Counted from the whole stretch's first letter, positions 43,548 to 54,384 are shown. The stretch is 63,236 nt of DNA, filler included, from Candidatus Rokuibacteriota bacterium (GCA_031406795.1; 8 parts of 8 records of this genome joined end to end with filler, not necessarily neighbours in it); one strand, 5' to 3'. Notes: generated by a model not told the origin, from the sequence alone. Numbers and translations: made by a program.

Positions 43548-45098
43548 ATGAAGAAACTGACACGTCGGGAATTCCTGATCGGGGCGGCGGGGACCGCCGG
43601 CTACCTCGGCCTCAGCGGGGCGTTTCCCCGGCTGGCCTTCGCCTCCCCCGACCTGGGCACGCCCGCCGGGGTCTGGGGCGGCAGCGAGCCGGGACACTGC
43701 CACGATTTCGTGCGCGACGGCGGCACCATCCCGGCGCCGTCCTCGGGGCGCTCGGCGCAGGTCTGCATCATCGGCGGCGGCCTCTCCGGTCTCGCCGCGG
43801 CCTACCGGCTGCGCGACACCGACCTGGTGTTGCTCGAGCACCTCAAGAGCACCGGCGGCCACTGCGCCCGCGGGCGGTGGCGGGATGTCTCCTACTCGGA
43901 GTGCGCGGCCTACTTTGTGGAGCCGGAGGACCCGCTCGACAAGTTCTACGAGGAGATGAACTTCCCGATCCGGAAGATCGAGGAGCCCTCCGACAGCGCG
44001 CTGATCGCCGACAAGTACGTCCTCGACACCTTCGGCACCGGCGCCAACAAGCTGCCCTTCTCCGACGCCGCGCGCCGGGACTTCACGCGGATGCGCCGCG
44101 AGATGGAGAAACTGCTCGAGAGCGACGACTACCCGAACATGCCGATTGTGGACGCCAGCGCCGAGGCGCGCAAGCTCGATCGCCTGACCTGGGCCGACTG
44201 GCTGCTCAAGGAGCGCGGTTTCGACCCCGCGGTGAAGATCTTCGCCGACCTCTACTGCCGCTCGGCGCTCGGCGCGCCCTCCTCCGAGCACCTCTCGGCC
44301 TTCGCCGCGCTGAACTTCTGGGCCAGCGAATTCATGCCGCGCTACACCTTTCCCGGCGGCAACGCGCTGGCCGCCGAGATGCTGCACGCCGCCGTCGAGA
44401 AGGCCGGCAAGGCACGGATCGTCTCCCCGGCCACGGCCGTGTTCGTGGAGCCGCGCGGCTCCGACGTCGCCGTGACCTACCTCGACGGCCAGGGCAGGAC
44501 GCACCTGGTCGAGGCGAAGACCGTGATCATGGCCTGCCCGAAGTTCGTCGCGCGGCACATCGTCAAGGGCATCCCGAAGGACCAGGCTGCCGCGATGGGC
44601 GAACTGACCTACGGCTCGTACGTGGTCGCGAACGTGCTGTGCTCCGAGCCGATCGTCGAGGCCTCCTACGACACCTGGACGAACGCCGCCCCCTTCACCG
44701 ACTTCATCGTCGCGGACTGGGTCTCGCGCTCCGGGGTCGCCCGGCGCGCCCCGACCCGGCACCAGGTGATCAGCGTCTACTGGCCGACCGCCTACGACCA
44801 CGACTCGCCGCTGAAGGAGGGCTCGTACGCCGCCTACCGCACCGGCGCCATCGAGGGCCTCGCGAAGCTGCTGCCGGGGGCGAAGAAGAAGATCGTCGAC
44901 GTGCGGCTGGCCCGCTGGGGGCACGCGCTCTGCCACGGCAAGCCGGGGTGGTACACCGAAAAGTCGGAGATCATCAAGCGCGGGCTCGGCCGCGTGCACT
45001 TCGCGCACTCCGACAACCAGGGGCTGCCCGCGTTCGAGTCGGCGCTGATCGAGGGGCTCGAGGCCGCCAAGCGGGCGCGGGAATTGCTCCGCGGCTAG
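43548..45098 (+). CDS. Tat-signal FAD-dependent oxidoreductase (amine oxidase superfamily)
   Basis: TRREFL twin-arginine motif; IIGGGLSGL; RWGHA; FAHSD..G...FESA. Confidence 0.88.
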   Translation: MKKLTRREFLIGAAGTAGYLGLSGAFPRLAFASPDLGTPAGVWGGSEPGHCHDFVRDGGTIPAPSSGRSAQVCIIGGGLSGLAAAYRLRDTDLVLLEHLKSTGGHCARGRWRDVSYSECAAYFVEPEDPLDKFYEEMNFPIRKIEEPSDSALIADKYVLDTFGTGANKLPFSDAARRDFTRMRREMEKLLESDDYPNMPIVDASAEARKLDRLTWADWLLKERGFDPAVKIFADLYCRSALGAPSSEHLSAFAALNFWASEFMPRYTFPGGNALAAEMLHAAVEKAGKARIVSPATAVFVEPRGSDVAVTYLDGQGRTHLVEAKTVIMACPKFVARHIVKGIPKDQAAAMGELTYGSYVVANVLCSEPIVEASYDTWTNAAPFTDFIVADWVSRSGVARRAPTRHQVISVYWPTAYDHDSPLKEGSYAAYRTGAIEGLAKLLPGAKKKIVDVRLARWGHALCHGKPGWYTEKSEIIKRGLGRVHFAHSDNQGLPAFESALIEGLEAAKRARELLRG

Positions 45099-45109
45099 GC
45101 GGTCGGGAC

Positions 45110-45172
45110 GGGAGGGGGTTAACCCCTCCCCTACGGCGTCATGGGGTGTCGGGGCGGGGTTCATCCCCGCCC
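45110..45172. repeat. Inverted pair of GTAG-type REP hairpins
   Basis: GGGAGGGG-gttaa-CCCCTCCC-CTAC and GTCG-GGGCGGGG-ttcat-CCCCGCCC; same family as 587-707. Confidence 0.8.
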
Positions 45173-45196
45173 GTTCGCCAGTTACCGGTGTCGCGA

Positions 45197-45368
45197 TAAC
45201 CCTTCAGTGAACGGTGGCCAGATCAGTACCGTTCGCCCTGAGCCGTGAGCTTGTCGAACGGTCGAAGGGCGTTTGTATGAAGACTCTTTCCCGTTCGTGG
45301 TTCGACCGTTCGTCAAGCTCACGGCTCACCACGAACGGAAGAAGTTGCCTCACTTCACTGAAGGGTTA
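45197..45368. mobile_element. 172-bp palindromic element with perfect 15-bp terminal inverted repeats
   Basis: TAACCCTTCAGTGAA / TTCACTGAAGGGTTA; inner arms 45239-45266 and 45301-45328 are complementary at 27 of 28 positions. Confidence 0.8.
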
Positions 45369-45369
45369 C

Positions 45370-46167
45370 TTACCGGTAGAGGAATTCGTCGACTTCGCGG
45401 ACGCGTCCTGCGAGGTAGGTGATAGTTTCGCGGGCGACCGCGACCTGGTCCAGATCGAGATCGACCTCCGCGTAGCCCGCCTGGCCGTTCAGGTGCGCCA
45501 GCACGTCGCCGCGCGGACCGATCACGGTCGAGCCCCCGCCGAACTGGATGGCGGTGCTGCGACCCGCGCGGTTGACGCCCGCCGCGAAGACCTGATTCTC
45601 GATGGCGCGGGCCGCCAGCAGCGTGTGAAAGTGCCCGAGCCTGATCTCCGGCCACTGGGAGGGGTAGAGCAGCAGCTCGGCGCCGGCGAGCGCCATCTTG
45701 CGGGAGAGTTCGGGGAAGCGCAGGTCGTAGCAGAGCGCGATGCCGATGCGGCCGATCTCCAGGTCGACGACGGTGACGGCGCGCCCGCGCACGAAATGGC
45801 GGTCCTCCTTCATCGGGCCGAAGAGGTGCACCTTGCGGTAGCGCGCGCGCACCCGCCCGTCGGGTCCGATGACGCACGCGGTGTTGTAGAGGTGGCCGTC
45901 GTCTGCGCTCTCCGCCCAGCTGCCGACCACGAAGAAGCCGTACTTCTTCGCCAGCGCGCCGACGCGCTCGAGCGACTCGGGCGTGCGCTTCGCCAACTCG
46001 TCGAGCCGGCGGTAGGCGTAGCCGCCGAGCCACATCTCGGGGAGGACGACGAGGCTGGCCTCGCCGGCGCCGGCCCGGTCGAGCGCTGCTTTCGCCGCAC
46101 GCCAGTTCTCCGCGCACGCACCCTCGGCGAGAACGAGCTGGGCGATGGCGAGCTTCAGCCGGCGCAT
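45370..46167 (-). CDS. Carbon-nitrogen hydrolase (nitrilase family)
   Basis: E-K-C triad: LPEMW, YRKVHLF, LCYDLRFPE; ARAIENQ. Confidence 0.93.
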   Translation of the reverse strand: MRRLKLAIAQLVLAEGACAENWRAAKAALDRAGAGEASLVVLPEMWLGGYAYRRLDELAKRTPESLERVGALAKKYGFFVVGSWAESADDGHLYNTACVIGPDGRVRARYRKVHLFGPMKEDRHFVRGRAVTVVDLEIGRIGIALCYDLRFPELSRKMALAGAELLLYPSQWPEIRLGHFHTLLAARAIENQVFAAGVNRAGRSTAIQFGGGSTVIGPRGDVLAHLNGQAGYAEVDLDLDQVAVARETITYLAGRVREVDEFLYR

Positions 46168-46196
46168 GCCTCGATTCTACACCAACGCGTGGCGTC

Positions 46197-47447
<1,251 letters not shown>

Positions 47448-47702
47448 GATGTCCTCCTCGGGGACGGTGCGGCGGGAGCCGGTGGCGCTGTGGCTCCCGG
47501 GCGTTCTCGGAATAGGGGATGCATTGCTCTCGTTCGGTTCGGCGTCGCTCGCCGTGACTGTTGGTAGGGAAGTGCCGTCTTCGCGCCGTTCCGGCGCGCC
47601 CTGTTCGGTTCTAGCTCATGCAGATGATCCTTGGAATCGTTGTGTCCGCCGGGTTGGTGTTAATGAGGCTGGTGGTATGTATACGGCCGCGCCGCCCGGG
47701 TG

Positions 47703-48017
47703 TCAAGGGGATTTTATCGCCGCGGCGATTGCGGCGATCATCGCCGCCGGATCGAGGCCCTCGACGCGGAAGACCTTCCGGCGCGACTTCGCGCCGCTGT
47801 GCAGTTCGACGCGCGACTTGGCGACGCCGAGCACATCGGCAAGCAGCTCGCGCGCGGCGGCGTTGGCCTCGCCGTCCACCGGGGGGGCGTTGACGCGCAG
47901 ATCCAGGGCACCCTCCCGGACGCCGGCGACACCGGCGCGGGAGGCGCGCGGCCGCAGCCGGACGGGGACGAGACAGCCCCCGGGGACGGCGGTGATGCGG
48001 GGCGCGTCGGTGGACAG
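47703..48017 (-). CDS. DUF167 (YggU) family protein, apparent CTG start
   Basis: Manual translation VRLRPRASR...LRVNAPPVDGEANAA...LGVAKSRVEL.SGAKSRRK; follows proC; absent from ORF track. Confidence 0.85.
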   Translation of the reverse strand: MSTDAPRITAVPGGCLVPVRLRPRASRAGVAGVREGALDLRVNAPPVDGEANAAARELLADVLGVAKSRVELHSGAKSRRKVFRVEGLDPAAMIAAIAAAIKSP

Positions 48018-48023
48018 CTTCCA

Positions 48024-48097
48024 ATCCCCCTTGCTCCCGCCTCGACCAAGGGGGAGATTCCTTGTTGCTTTCGGGCGGGGGTCAACCCCGCCCCTAC
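48024..48097. repeat. Two REP-like hairpins between proC and the DUF167 gene
   Basis: ATCCCCCTTG...CAAGGGGGAGAT and GGGCGGGG-gtcaa-CCCCGCCC-CTAC; the REP GTAG contains the proC TAG stop. Confidence 0.75.
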
Positions 48098-48891
48098 CCG
48101 GAAATTTCCTTCGATCGCGCCGCCGCCGCCCGCACCGCCGCCATGAAGGCGCCGCTCACGCCTCGCTCCTCGAGCTCGGCGATGCCGCGGATCGTCGTGC
48201 CGCCGGGAGAGGCGACCTGGTCGCGCAGCTGCAGCGGGTGCAGGCCGGTCGCGAGCACCAGCTGGGCGGCGCCAAGCACCGTCTGCGCCGCAAGCTGCAG
48301 CGCGGTCGCGCGCGGCAGGCCGGCCTGGACGCCGCCGTCGGCGAGCGCCTGAATCACCGTGAAGACATAGGCCGGTCCGCTGCCCGAGAGCCCGGTGACG
48401 GCGTCCATCAGACTCTCGGGGACCTCGACCGTCGTGCCGACCGAACCGAAGAGCTTGTTGACGAGCGCCTTGTCGGCTGCGGTGACGCCGCGCCCCCAGG
48501 AGATGGCGGTCGCGCCCTCGCCGACGAGCGCCGGGGTGTTCGGCATCGTGCGCACCAGGCGCGCCTTGAGCGACCCCGCCAGCGAGCCGAGCGTGACGCC
48601 CGCCGCGATCGAGACGACGAGCTTCGTGCGGCCGGCCGCCGGAGCGATCGTCGGGAGCACCACGGGCACCAGCTGCGGCTTGACCGCGAGGACGATTACC
48701 GCGCAGCGGCGCGCGAGGTCGGTGTTGTCGGCGGCCGCCCGGACGCGGTAGCCCTTGACCAGCCGCGCACGGCGCGCGACGTCCGGCTCGCTGACCCAGA
48801 GGTCGGCCGGCCGCACCACCTTGCCGCCGACGAGGCCCCTGATCAGCGCCTCGCCCATGTTCCCCGCACCGATAAATCCGATCGTCGTCAT
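48094..48891 (-). CDS. proC: Pyrroline-5-carboxylate reductase
   Basis: GFIGAGNMG, LAVKP, SIAAG, RTMPNTP, SGSGPAY, SPGGTT. Confidence 0.97.
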   Translation of the reverse strand: MTTIGFIGAGNMGEALIRGLVGGKVVRPADLWVSEPDVARRARLVKGYRVRAAADNTDLARRCAVIVLAVKPQLVPVVLPTIAPAAGRTKLVVSIAAGVTLGSLAGSLKARLVRTMPNTPALVGEGATAISWGRGVTAADKALVNKLFGSVGTTVEVPESLMDAVTGLSGSGPAYVFTVIQALADGGVQAGLPRATALQLAAQTVLGAAQLVLATGLHPLQLRDQVASPGGTTIRGIAELEERGVSGAFMAAVRAAAARSKEISG

Positions 48892-48903
48892 GGCCGCCCC
48901 CCG

Positions 48904-50619
48904 TTACCTGATGTACGCGTCGGTGACATACCTTCTCATCATGCGATGCGTATTGAAGAAATAAGCGTTCTTCCCGATCGCATTCTGCATCATGCGAATC
49001 CACGTGTGGCGTTGGCCGTAATAGATCGGGATCACGTACTGCTCGAGTTTTTCGTAGAGACTCTCCGCGTCCTGGCAGCCGTCGTTCTCGACCCGGCAGC
49101 TGCTCTCGGTCGGCTCCGGCCCGATCGACCAGCCGGTGAAATGCTCGATGTGCCCCTCGATCCACCAGCCGTCGAGCACCGAAAAGTTGAGCACGCCGTT
49201 GTGCGCGGCTTTCATCCCCGACGTGCCGGACGCCTCGCGCGGCCGCAGCGGGGTGTTGAGCCAGACATCGACACCGGAGACGAGGTTCAGGGCCAGATCC
49301 ATGTCGTAGTTCTCGAGGTAGACCACCGGGATCTCCTCGCCCAGATCGCGCGAGAAGCGGTGGATGCTCTCGATGAGCCGCTTGCCCGGCTCGTCTTTCG
49401 GGTGGGCCTTGCCGCCATAGATCACCTGCAGCCGCCCCCCGGCGACGCTGCGCAACCGCTCCAGATCGGAGAAGAGCAGGTCGGCGCGCTTGTAGGCGGT
49501 GGCGCGGCGCGCGAAGCCGAAGGTCAGCACGTCGTCGGAGAGGCGCCGCCCGGTGCGCTCCTCGACGATGCCGAGCAGGCGGCGCTTGGCCGACTGGTGC
49601 GCCTCCCAGAGCTGCTCGTCGGGGATCACGCCGACGCGCACGAAAAGTTCCGGCTCGTTCGCCCACCCGGGCAGGTAGCGGTTGAACAGCGCCTTGTACT
49701 CCTCGCAGGTCCAGGTGAAGGAATGCACGCCGTTGGTGATGGCGTGGATCTCGTAGCCGGGGAACATCGCCTGCGAAACCGCGCCGTGCTTCTTCGCGAC
49801 GCCGTTGATGAAGTTCGAGAGATTCAGGCCCAGCAGCGTCATGTTCAGGCCGTCGGCGCCGCCGAGTTCCTTGAGCATCTTGAGCGGCACGAGCTCCTCA
49901 AGGACCTCGCCGACCATTTCCCAGGGGAAACGGTCGTGGCCGGCGTCGACGGGGGTGTGCGTGGTGAAAACGCAGAGCTGGCGCACCTCGTCGCGGTTGT
50001 AGACGAGGCTCTCGTCCCAGACGTCCTCGATGTTGCGGCGCGTGCGGCGCAGCAGTTCGATGGTCAGCAGACCCGCGTGGCCCTCGTTCATGTGGTACTT
50101 GCGCAGACTGTCGTACCCGAGCGCCTCGAGCATGCGCACCCCGCCGACGCCGAGGATCACCTCCTGCTTGAGGCGATGGCGGTCGTCCCCGCCGTAAAGC
50201 GCGTCCGTGATGCCCCGGTCGCGGGGGTCGTTGCCCTCGACGTCGGTGTCGAGGAAGTACACCGGGACGACGACCCCGGGAATGCCGAGGCTGTTGACAT
50301 CGTAGCGCCAGGCTTGAATCAGCACGAGACGGCCCTCGATCTGCACCCGCACGCGCGCACTCTGGAGCTTCATGTGATCCGCCGGGTTCCAGGAGACCGG
50401 GTGCTCGTGCTGCCGGCCCGCGGCGTCGATCTCCTGGCGGAAGTAGCCCTGACGGCTCATCAACGTGACGACCACGACGGGCAGCCCCAGGTCGGAGGCC
50501 GACTTGATGGTGTCCCCGGCGAGGACGCCGAGGCCGCCGCTGAAGGTGGGGATGTCGTTGCGCAGGCCGATCTCCATCGTGAAATAGGCGATCGACCGAT
50601 CTGATTCCCTGCGAACCAT
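48904..50619 (-). CDS. glgP: Alpha-glucan phosphorylase, short type (second phosphorylase)
   Basis: FSGGLGVLAGD, HMNEGHA, FTTHTPV, ARRATAYKR, EASGTSGMK; GGAGG before ATG 50619. Confidence 0.93.
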   Translation of the reverse strand: MVRRESDRSIAYFTMEIGLRNDIPTFSGGLGVLAGDTIKSASDLGLPVVVVTLMSRQGYFRQEIDAAGRQHEHPVSWNPADHMKLQSARVRVQIEGRLVLIQAWRYDVNSLGIPGVVVPVYFLDTDVEGNDPRDRGITDALYGGDDRHRLKQEVILGVGGVRMLEALGYDSLRKYHMNEGHAGLLTIELLRRTRRNIEDVWDESLVYNRDEVRQLCVFTTHTPVDAGHDRFPWEMVGEVLEELVPLKMLKELGGADGLNMTLLGLNLSNFINGVAKKHGAVSQAMFPGYEIHAITNGVHSFTWTCEEYKALFNRYLPGWANEPELFVRVGVIPDEQLWEAHQSAKRRLLGIVEERTGRRLSDDVLTFGFARRATAYKRADLLFSDLERLRSVAGGRLQVIYGGKAHPKDEPGKRLIESIHRFSRDLGEEIPVVYLENYDMDLALNLVSGVDVWLNTPLRPREASGTSGMKAAHNGVLNFSVLDGWWIEGHIEHFTGWSIGPEPTESSCRVENDGCQDAESLYEKLEQYVIPIYYGQRHTWIRMMQNAIGKNAYFFNTHRMMRRYVTDAYIR

Positions 50620-50639
50620 GTGACCTGACCTCCGGTAGA

Positions 50640-50694
50640 GCAGGTCGCTGAAGAGGCCCATCTGCTTGCATCTGGACCTTCTTGAGCAACCTGC
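50640..50694. repeat. Internally deleted copy of palindromic family 1b
   Basis: GCAGGTCGCTGAAGAGGCCCATCTGC joined to TTGCATCTGGACCTTCTTGAGCAACCTGC; both halves match the ends of 21440-21567. Confidence 0.75.
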
Positions 50695-50812
50695 CAGTTT
50701 TCTATGTTTTCGNNNNNNNNNNNNNNNNNNNNNNNNNNNNNNNNNNNNNNNNNNNNTTAATTAATTAANNNNNNNNNNNNNNNNNNNNNNNNNNNNNNNN
50801 NNNNNNNNNNNN

Positions 50813-52087
50813 CCGATCAAGGCGCGCGTGGACATGCTCACGACGGGGATCCGCACGCCGATCGGCGTCAAGGTCTTCGGCAAGGACCTCAAGGAGATCG
50901 CCGTCGTCGCCGAGAATCTCGAGCGGATCCTCAAGGACGTCCCGGGGACGCAATCGGTCTACGCCGAGCGCGAACTCGGGGGATTCTTCCTGGACTTCGT
51001 GCCGGATCGCGCCGCGATCGGCAGGTATGGCTTGAAAGTGATGGAGGTCCTGCGGGTCGTGGAGACGGCCATCGGGGGCGAGGACATCGACACGACCGTC
51101 GAAGGGCGCGAGCGCTACACGATCAACGTCCGCTACCCGCGGGAGCTGCGCAACACCATCGAGAAGCTGCGCGGGGTGCTGGTGTCCGTCCCCGCGCGCG
51201 GCGGGGCGCCGGCGGCGGGAAGCGGGGGCATGGGGTCGGGAGATGCGGGCGCGGACGGCGGCATGGGATCGGCCCCCGCGGCGCAGATCCCGCTGGGACA
51301 GCTCGGCCAGTTCAAGGCCACCATGGGGCCGCCGATGATCAAGAGCGAAGGCGGACTGCTCACGGGCTGGGTTTATGTGGACATCACGAGCCGGGACATC
51401 GGCGGCTACGTGAAGAGCGCCAAGCTCAAGGTCGCCCGGGAGCTCAAACTCCTGCCCGGCACCTACCTGAAGTGGACGGGGCAGTACGAGTTCCTGGAGC
51501 GCATCCAGGCGCGCATGAAGATCGTCGTCCCGCTGACGCTGCTGCTGATCTTCCTGATCCTCTACCTGAACTTCCAGGGGCTGACCCAGGCGCTGATCGT
51601 GCTGCTCTCGGTGCCGTTCGCCGCCGTCGGCTCGGTCTGGCTGATGTACCTGATGGAGTTCAACACCTCGATGGCGGTCTGGGTGGGCATGATCGCGCTG
51701 CTGGGGATCGCCACCGAGACCGCGTCAATCATGATGGTCTACCTCGACCAGGGCTACGAGACCTGGCGCAAGGAGGGGCGCCTGCATACGATGGCCGACC
51801 TCATCGACATGGCCGTGGAGTCCGCCACCCTGAGGGTCAGGCCGCTCGTGATGACCGTGGGCATGAACATCGTGGGGCTCATACCCGTGATGGTGGACAC
51901 CGGCGTCGGATCGGACGTGGCCAAGCGCGTGGCGGCGCCGCTCTGGGGCGGTCTGATCTCGCTGACGATCCTGACGCTGGCGGTGATCCCCGCCTTCTAC
52001 GTCATCTGGCGGGGGTTCCAGCTTCGCCGGGCGGTGCCGGACAACCCGCCGGTGATTGAGGAGCCCATCCCGGGAGGCACTTCATGA
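50813..52087 (+). CDS. cusA: CusA/CzcA heavy-metal efflux RND permease (5' truncated)
   Basis: PIKARVDMLTTGIRTPIGVKVFG, EGRERYTINVRYP, GPPMIKSE, W.GQYE, RVRPLVMT. Confidence 0.9.
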   Translation, partial: PIKARVDMLTTGIRTPIGVKVFGKDLKEIAVVAENLERILKDVPGTQSVYAERELGGFFLDFVPDRAAIGRYGLKVMEVLRVVETAIGGEDIDTTVEGRERYTINVRYPRELRNTIEKLRGVLVSVPARGGAPAAGSGGMGSGDAGADGGMGSAPAAQIPLGQLGQFKATMGPPMIKSEGGLLTGWVYVDITSRDIGGYVKSAKLKVARELKLLPGTYLKWTGQYEFLERIQARMKIVVPLTLLLIFLILYLNFQGLTQALIVLLSVPFAAVGSVWLMYLMEFNTSMAVWVGMIALLGIATETASIMMVYLDQGYETWRKEGRLHTMADLIDMAVESATLRVRPLVMTVGMNIVGLIPVMVDTGVGSDVAKRVAAPLWGGLISLTILTLAVIPAFYVIWRGFQLRRAVPDNPPVIEEPIPGGTS

Positions 52088-52154
52088 CGGATCAGATACA
52101 AGCGATCCAGCTGAGGATATGGATAACGGCAATCCGGTTGCTCACCGATGCGGT

Positions 52155-52182
52155 TTGACGACGTGACACATATGTATATAAT
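52155..52182 (+). promoter_or_regulatory. TA operon promoter with palindromic operator
   Basis: TTGACG-16 nt-TATAAT with ACATATGT palindrome in the spacer. Confidence 0.65.
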
Positions 52183-52216
52183 TGTGAGCAGACGGATCCT
52201 CGGAAGGAGGCAGAGC

Positions 52217-52447
52217 ATGGGACAGGTCACTATTTACCTTGACGACACGACGGCGAAGCGCTTGCGCACTGCGGCCTCGGCCGGCCGCACTCCGGTGAGC
52301 GCCTGGATTGCCGGCATCATCCGCGAGCGACTCTCAGGGCAATGGCCTGAGAAAGTACGTTCTCTTGCCGGGACGTGGAAAGACCTTCCCGACGCCGAGC
52401 AGATCCGGCGCAGCCGGGGGAAGGACATTCCCCGCGAGCGGATATAA
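52217..52447 (+). CDS. RHH/CopG-type antitoxin (VapB-like)
   Basis: AAGGAGG RBS; MGQVTIYLDD...SAWIAGII...LAGTWKDLP; abuts the PIN gene. Confidence 0.85.
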   Translation: MGQVTIYLDDTTAKRLRTAASAGRTPVSAWIAGIIRERLSGQWPEKVRSLAGTWKDLPDAEQIRRSRGKDIPRERI

Positions 52448-52840
52448 ATGTACCTCCTCGACACAAACACTCTCGTCTACTTTTTCCGAGGCGAAGGAGA
52501 TGTCTCGATGAACCTGCTCAACCATGCACCTGGGGAGATCGTCGTCCCCTCGCTGGTCGTGTGGGAGCTGGAAGTCGGCATCGGCAAGGCAGGTACTGCC
52601 TTGCGGCGGCGTAAGCAATTCGAAGCATTCCTCGAAACGGTCCAGGTTGCACCCATCGGCATCGAGGAGGCCAGGTCCGCGGCCGACATCCGCCTCAAGC
52701 TTGAGCGTCGGGGTATTCCCATCGGGCCGATCGACACCCTGATCGCCGGCACCGCGCTCGCCCGCAAAGCGGTTCTCGTCACCCGGAATGTGCGCGAATT
52801 CGGCAGGGTCGAAGGACTTCGGGTGGAGAACTGGTACTGA
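52448..52840 (+). CDS. vapC: VapC PIN-domain toxin
   Basis: YLLDTN, ELEVG, GPIDTLIAGTAL, LVTRNVREF. Confidence 0.93.
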   Translation: MYLLDTNTLVYFFRGEGDVSMNLLNHAPGEIVVPSLVVWELEVGIGKAGTALRRRKQFEAFLETVQVAPIGIEEARSAADIRLKLERRGIPIGPIDTLIAGTALARKAVLVTRNVREFGRVEGLRVENWY

Positions 52841-53062
52841 GGCGGGTTCACGAGGTTCCCTTGTCAGCCCCCGCAGGAGAAGCGATGTGGATGCAATAGC
52901 CAATCTGAAATCCGGCATCCGGGACAACCACACCCGGTCCGTGGTGTCTGCCTTCTTCACCGTCTGCGCCTATGAGGCCATGAAGGAAGTTGAGCCCGAA
53001 GCCAAACTGGGCTCTGCCAGCCCAGATTGGCTTCGGTCGTCATCTGCAATAGCTGGTCGTTA

Positions 53063-53395
53063 TTATTTTTTTGCCATGTTCCGGCATTCTTCAGCGCACT
53101 TGTGACAGGCTTCAGCGCATCGCTGACAATGCTCCATTTTGTGTTTGGCGCATTCATCACCGCAGGCCTGACAAATCTCAGCGCATAAAGCGCAAAGTTT
53201 CGCTGCATACGTTGAGCCGCGTGACATGAATTGAGCGGCCAGACTGCAGATGTCGGCACAGTCGCGGTCAAGTTCGATGCACCGCGCCATCATTTTGATG
53301 TCTTGTTCGTGCAAACAAGATGTCGCGCAATGTTCGCAAGCGGTTGCGCATTTATTACAGGCTTCGATACAACCTTCATATTGATTATGTGACAT
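53063..53395 (-). CDS. Four-helix-bundle Cys-rich copper storage protein (Csp/DUF326)
   Basis: Repeated CxxxC/CxxC pattern; no signal peptide. Confidence 0.92.
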   Translation of the reverse strand: MSHNQYEGCIEACNKCATACEHCATSCLHEQDIKMMARCIELDRDCADICSLAAQFMSRGSTYAAKLCALCAEICQACGDECAKHKMEHCQRCAEACHKCAEECRNMAKK

Positions 53396-53412
53396 AACTT
53401 TTCTTCTCCTCT

Positions 53413-53577
53413 TTACTTGTTAGTTGCGGGTTCGTGTTCCTTCCTACTCGCTCCGTGGGCCGTGGAGGTCGGTTCTTTCGGCACGAGGGTCATGCCACAT
53501 TTTGGGCAGGTACCAGGTCCTTCTTGAACAACCTCCGGGTGCATCGGGCACGTGTACAGCCTTGCAGCTGTCGTCAA
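53413..53577 (-). CDS. 54-aa stand-alone heavy-metal-binding-domain protein (not in ORF track)
   Basis: GGAGG RBS, TTG start; [26 protein letters not shown]. Confidence 0.8.
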   Translation of the reverse strand: MTTAARLYTCPMHPEVVQEGPGTCPKCGMTLVPKEPTSTAHGASRKEHEPATNK

Positions 53578-53657
53578 ACTCCACCTCCCTTCCGCATTGT
53601 CAAGCCCGCCCCTGCCGCCGGTAGGCGAAGCCGAGACCGCCCAACAGGGACATCAGT

Positions 53658-54359
53658 CTAATGATGTTGATCGTGCTCGGAATCGGCTGGAGAGGTAGCG
53701 TCCTTCTGCGGCGCGGCCGGTGCGGGAGGAGGCGGTGCGCTCTCGCTCATCCCCTGAAGCTTTTCCATCTGCTCCAGGCTGAGGATCCCTTTCACGGCCA
53801 CCGTGGCCTTGACGTGGGCGAGGCGTATCTTCGTGCGCATCCCTTCTATCTCCTTGAGCTTGGCTTCGACCTTGCCGAGGTCCGCCTTCTCGGCCGCGAG
53901 GAGATCCGCCAGCTCCAACTCCGCGACTTTCAGGGATGCGAGCGTGAGGATTGTCTCCTTCTGGAAGGGACGCTGACCGGCCCTGAGCCGCTCCACTTGC
54001 TCATCAGACAGCGCGAGCGCCTTGCGTATCTGGGCAAGGTCGATCTGGCCCTTCATCATGCCTTCGGCCATCATCATGCAGCCGCGGGTCTTGCCCGGCA
54101 TCATCCCGTCCATCATTGCGGGCATCATCGTCCCCATCATCTCGGTGCCCATCATCCCGCCCGGCATCGCGCAGCCACCCATCGTACCCTTGCCCGAACC
54201 CATCATCCCGGAGGCCGGCATCGATGGTTTCATCTCCTCCCGGGCTGAAGGAGAAGCCGACGCGCCTTTACTCATTCCCCCGCCCATCATTTCGGACAGA
54301 GCCAGACTGGGCGTCACCAGCAGAACAACGAACGATACAAGCAAGCATTTTTTCATCAT
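53658..54359 (-). CDS. Met-rich periplasmic Spy/CpxP/ZraP-family metal protein
   Basis: Signal peptide; long Met/Gly tract; LALSDEQ and ILSLEQ (LTXXQ-like); C-terminal HDQHH. Confidence 0.85.
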   Translation of the reverse strand: MMKKCLLVSFVVLLVTPSLALSEMMGGGMSKGASASPSAREEMKPSMPASGMMGSGKGTMGGCAMPGGMMGTEMMGTMMPAMMDGMMPGKTRGCMMMAEGMMKGQIDLAQIRKALALSDEQVERLRAGQRPFQKETILTLASLKVAELELADLLAAEKADLGKVEAKLKEIEGMRTKIRLAHVKATVAVKGILSLEQMEKLQGMSESAPPPPAPAAPQKDATSPADSEHDQHH

Positions 54360-54384
54360 AATCCTCCTTGTATCGATATAACGC

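Noticed and set aside
50620-50661. Upstream ATG for the second phosphorylase (likewise GTG 21481 for ppk1)
   Set aside because: These starts lie inside family 1b repeats; the downstream starts have proper GGAGG sites
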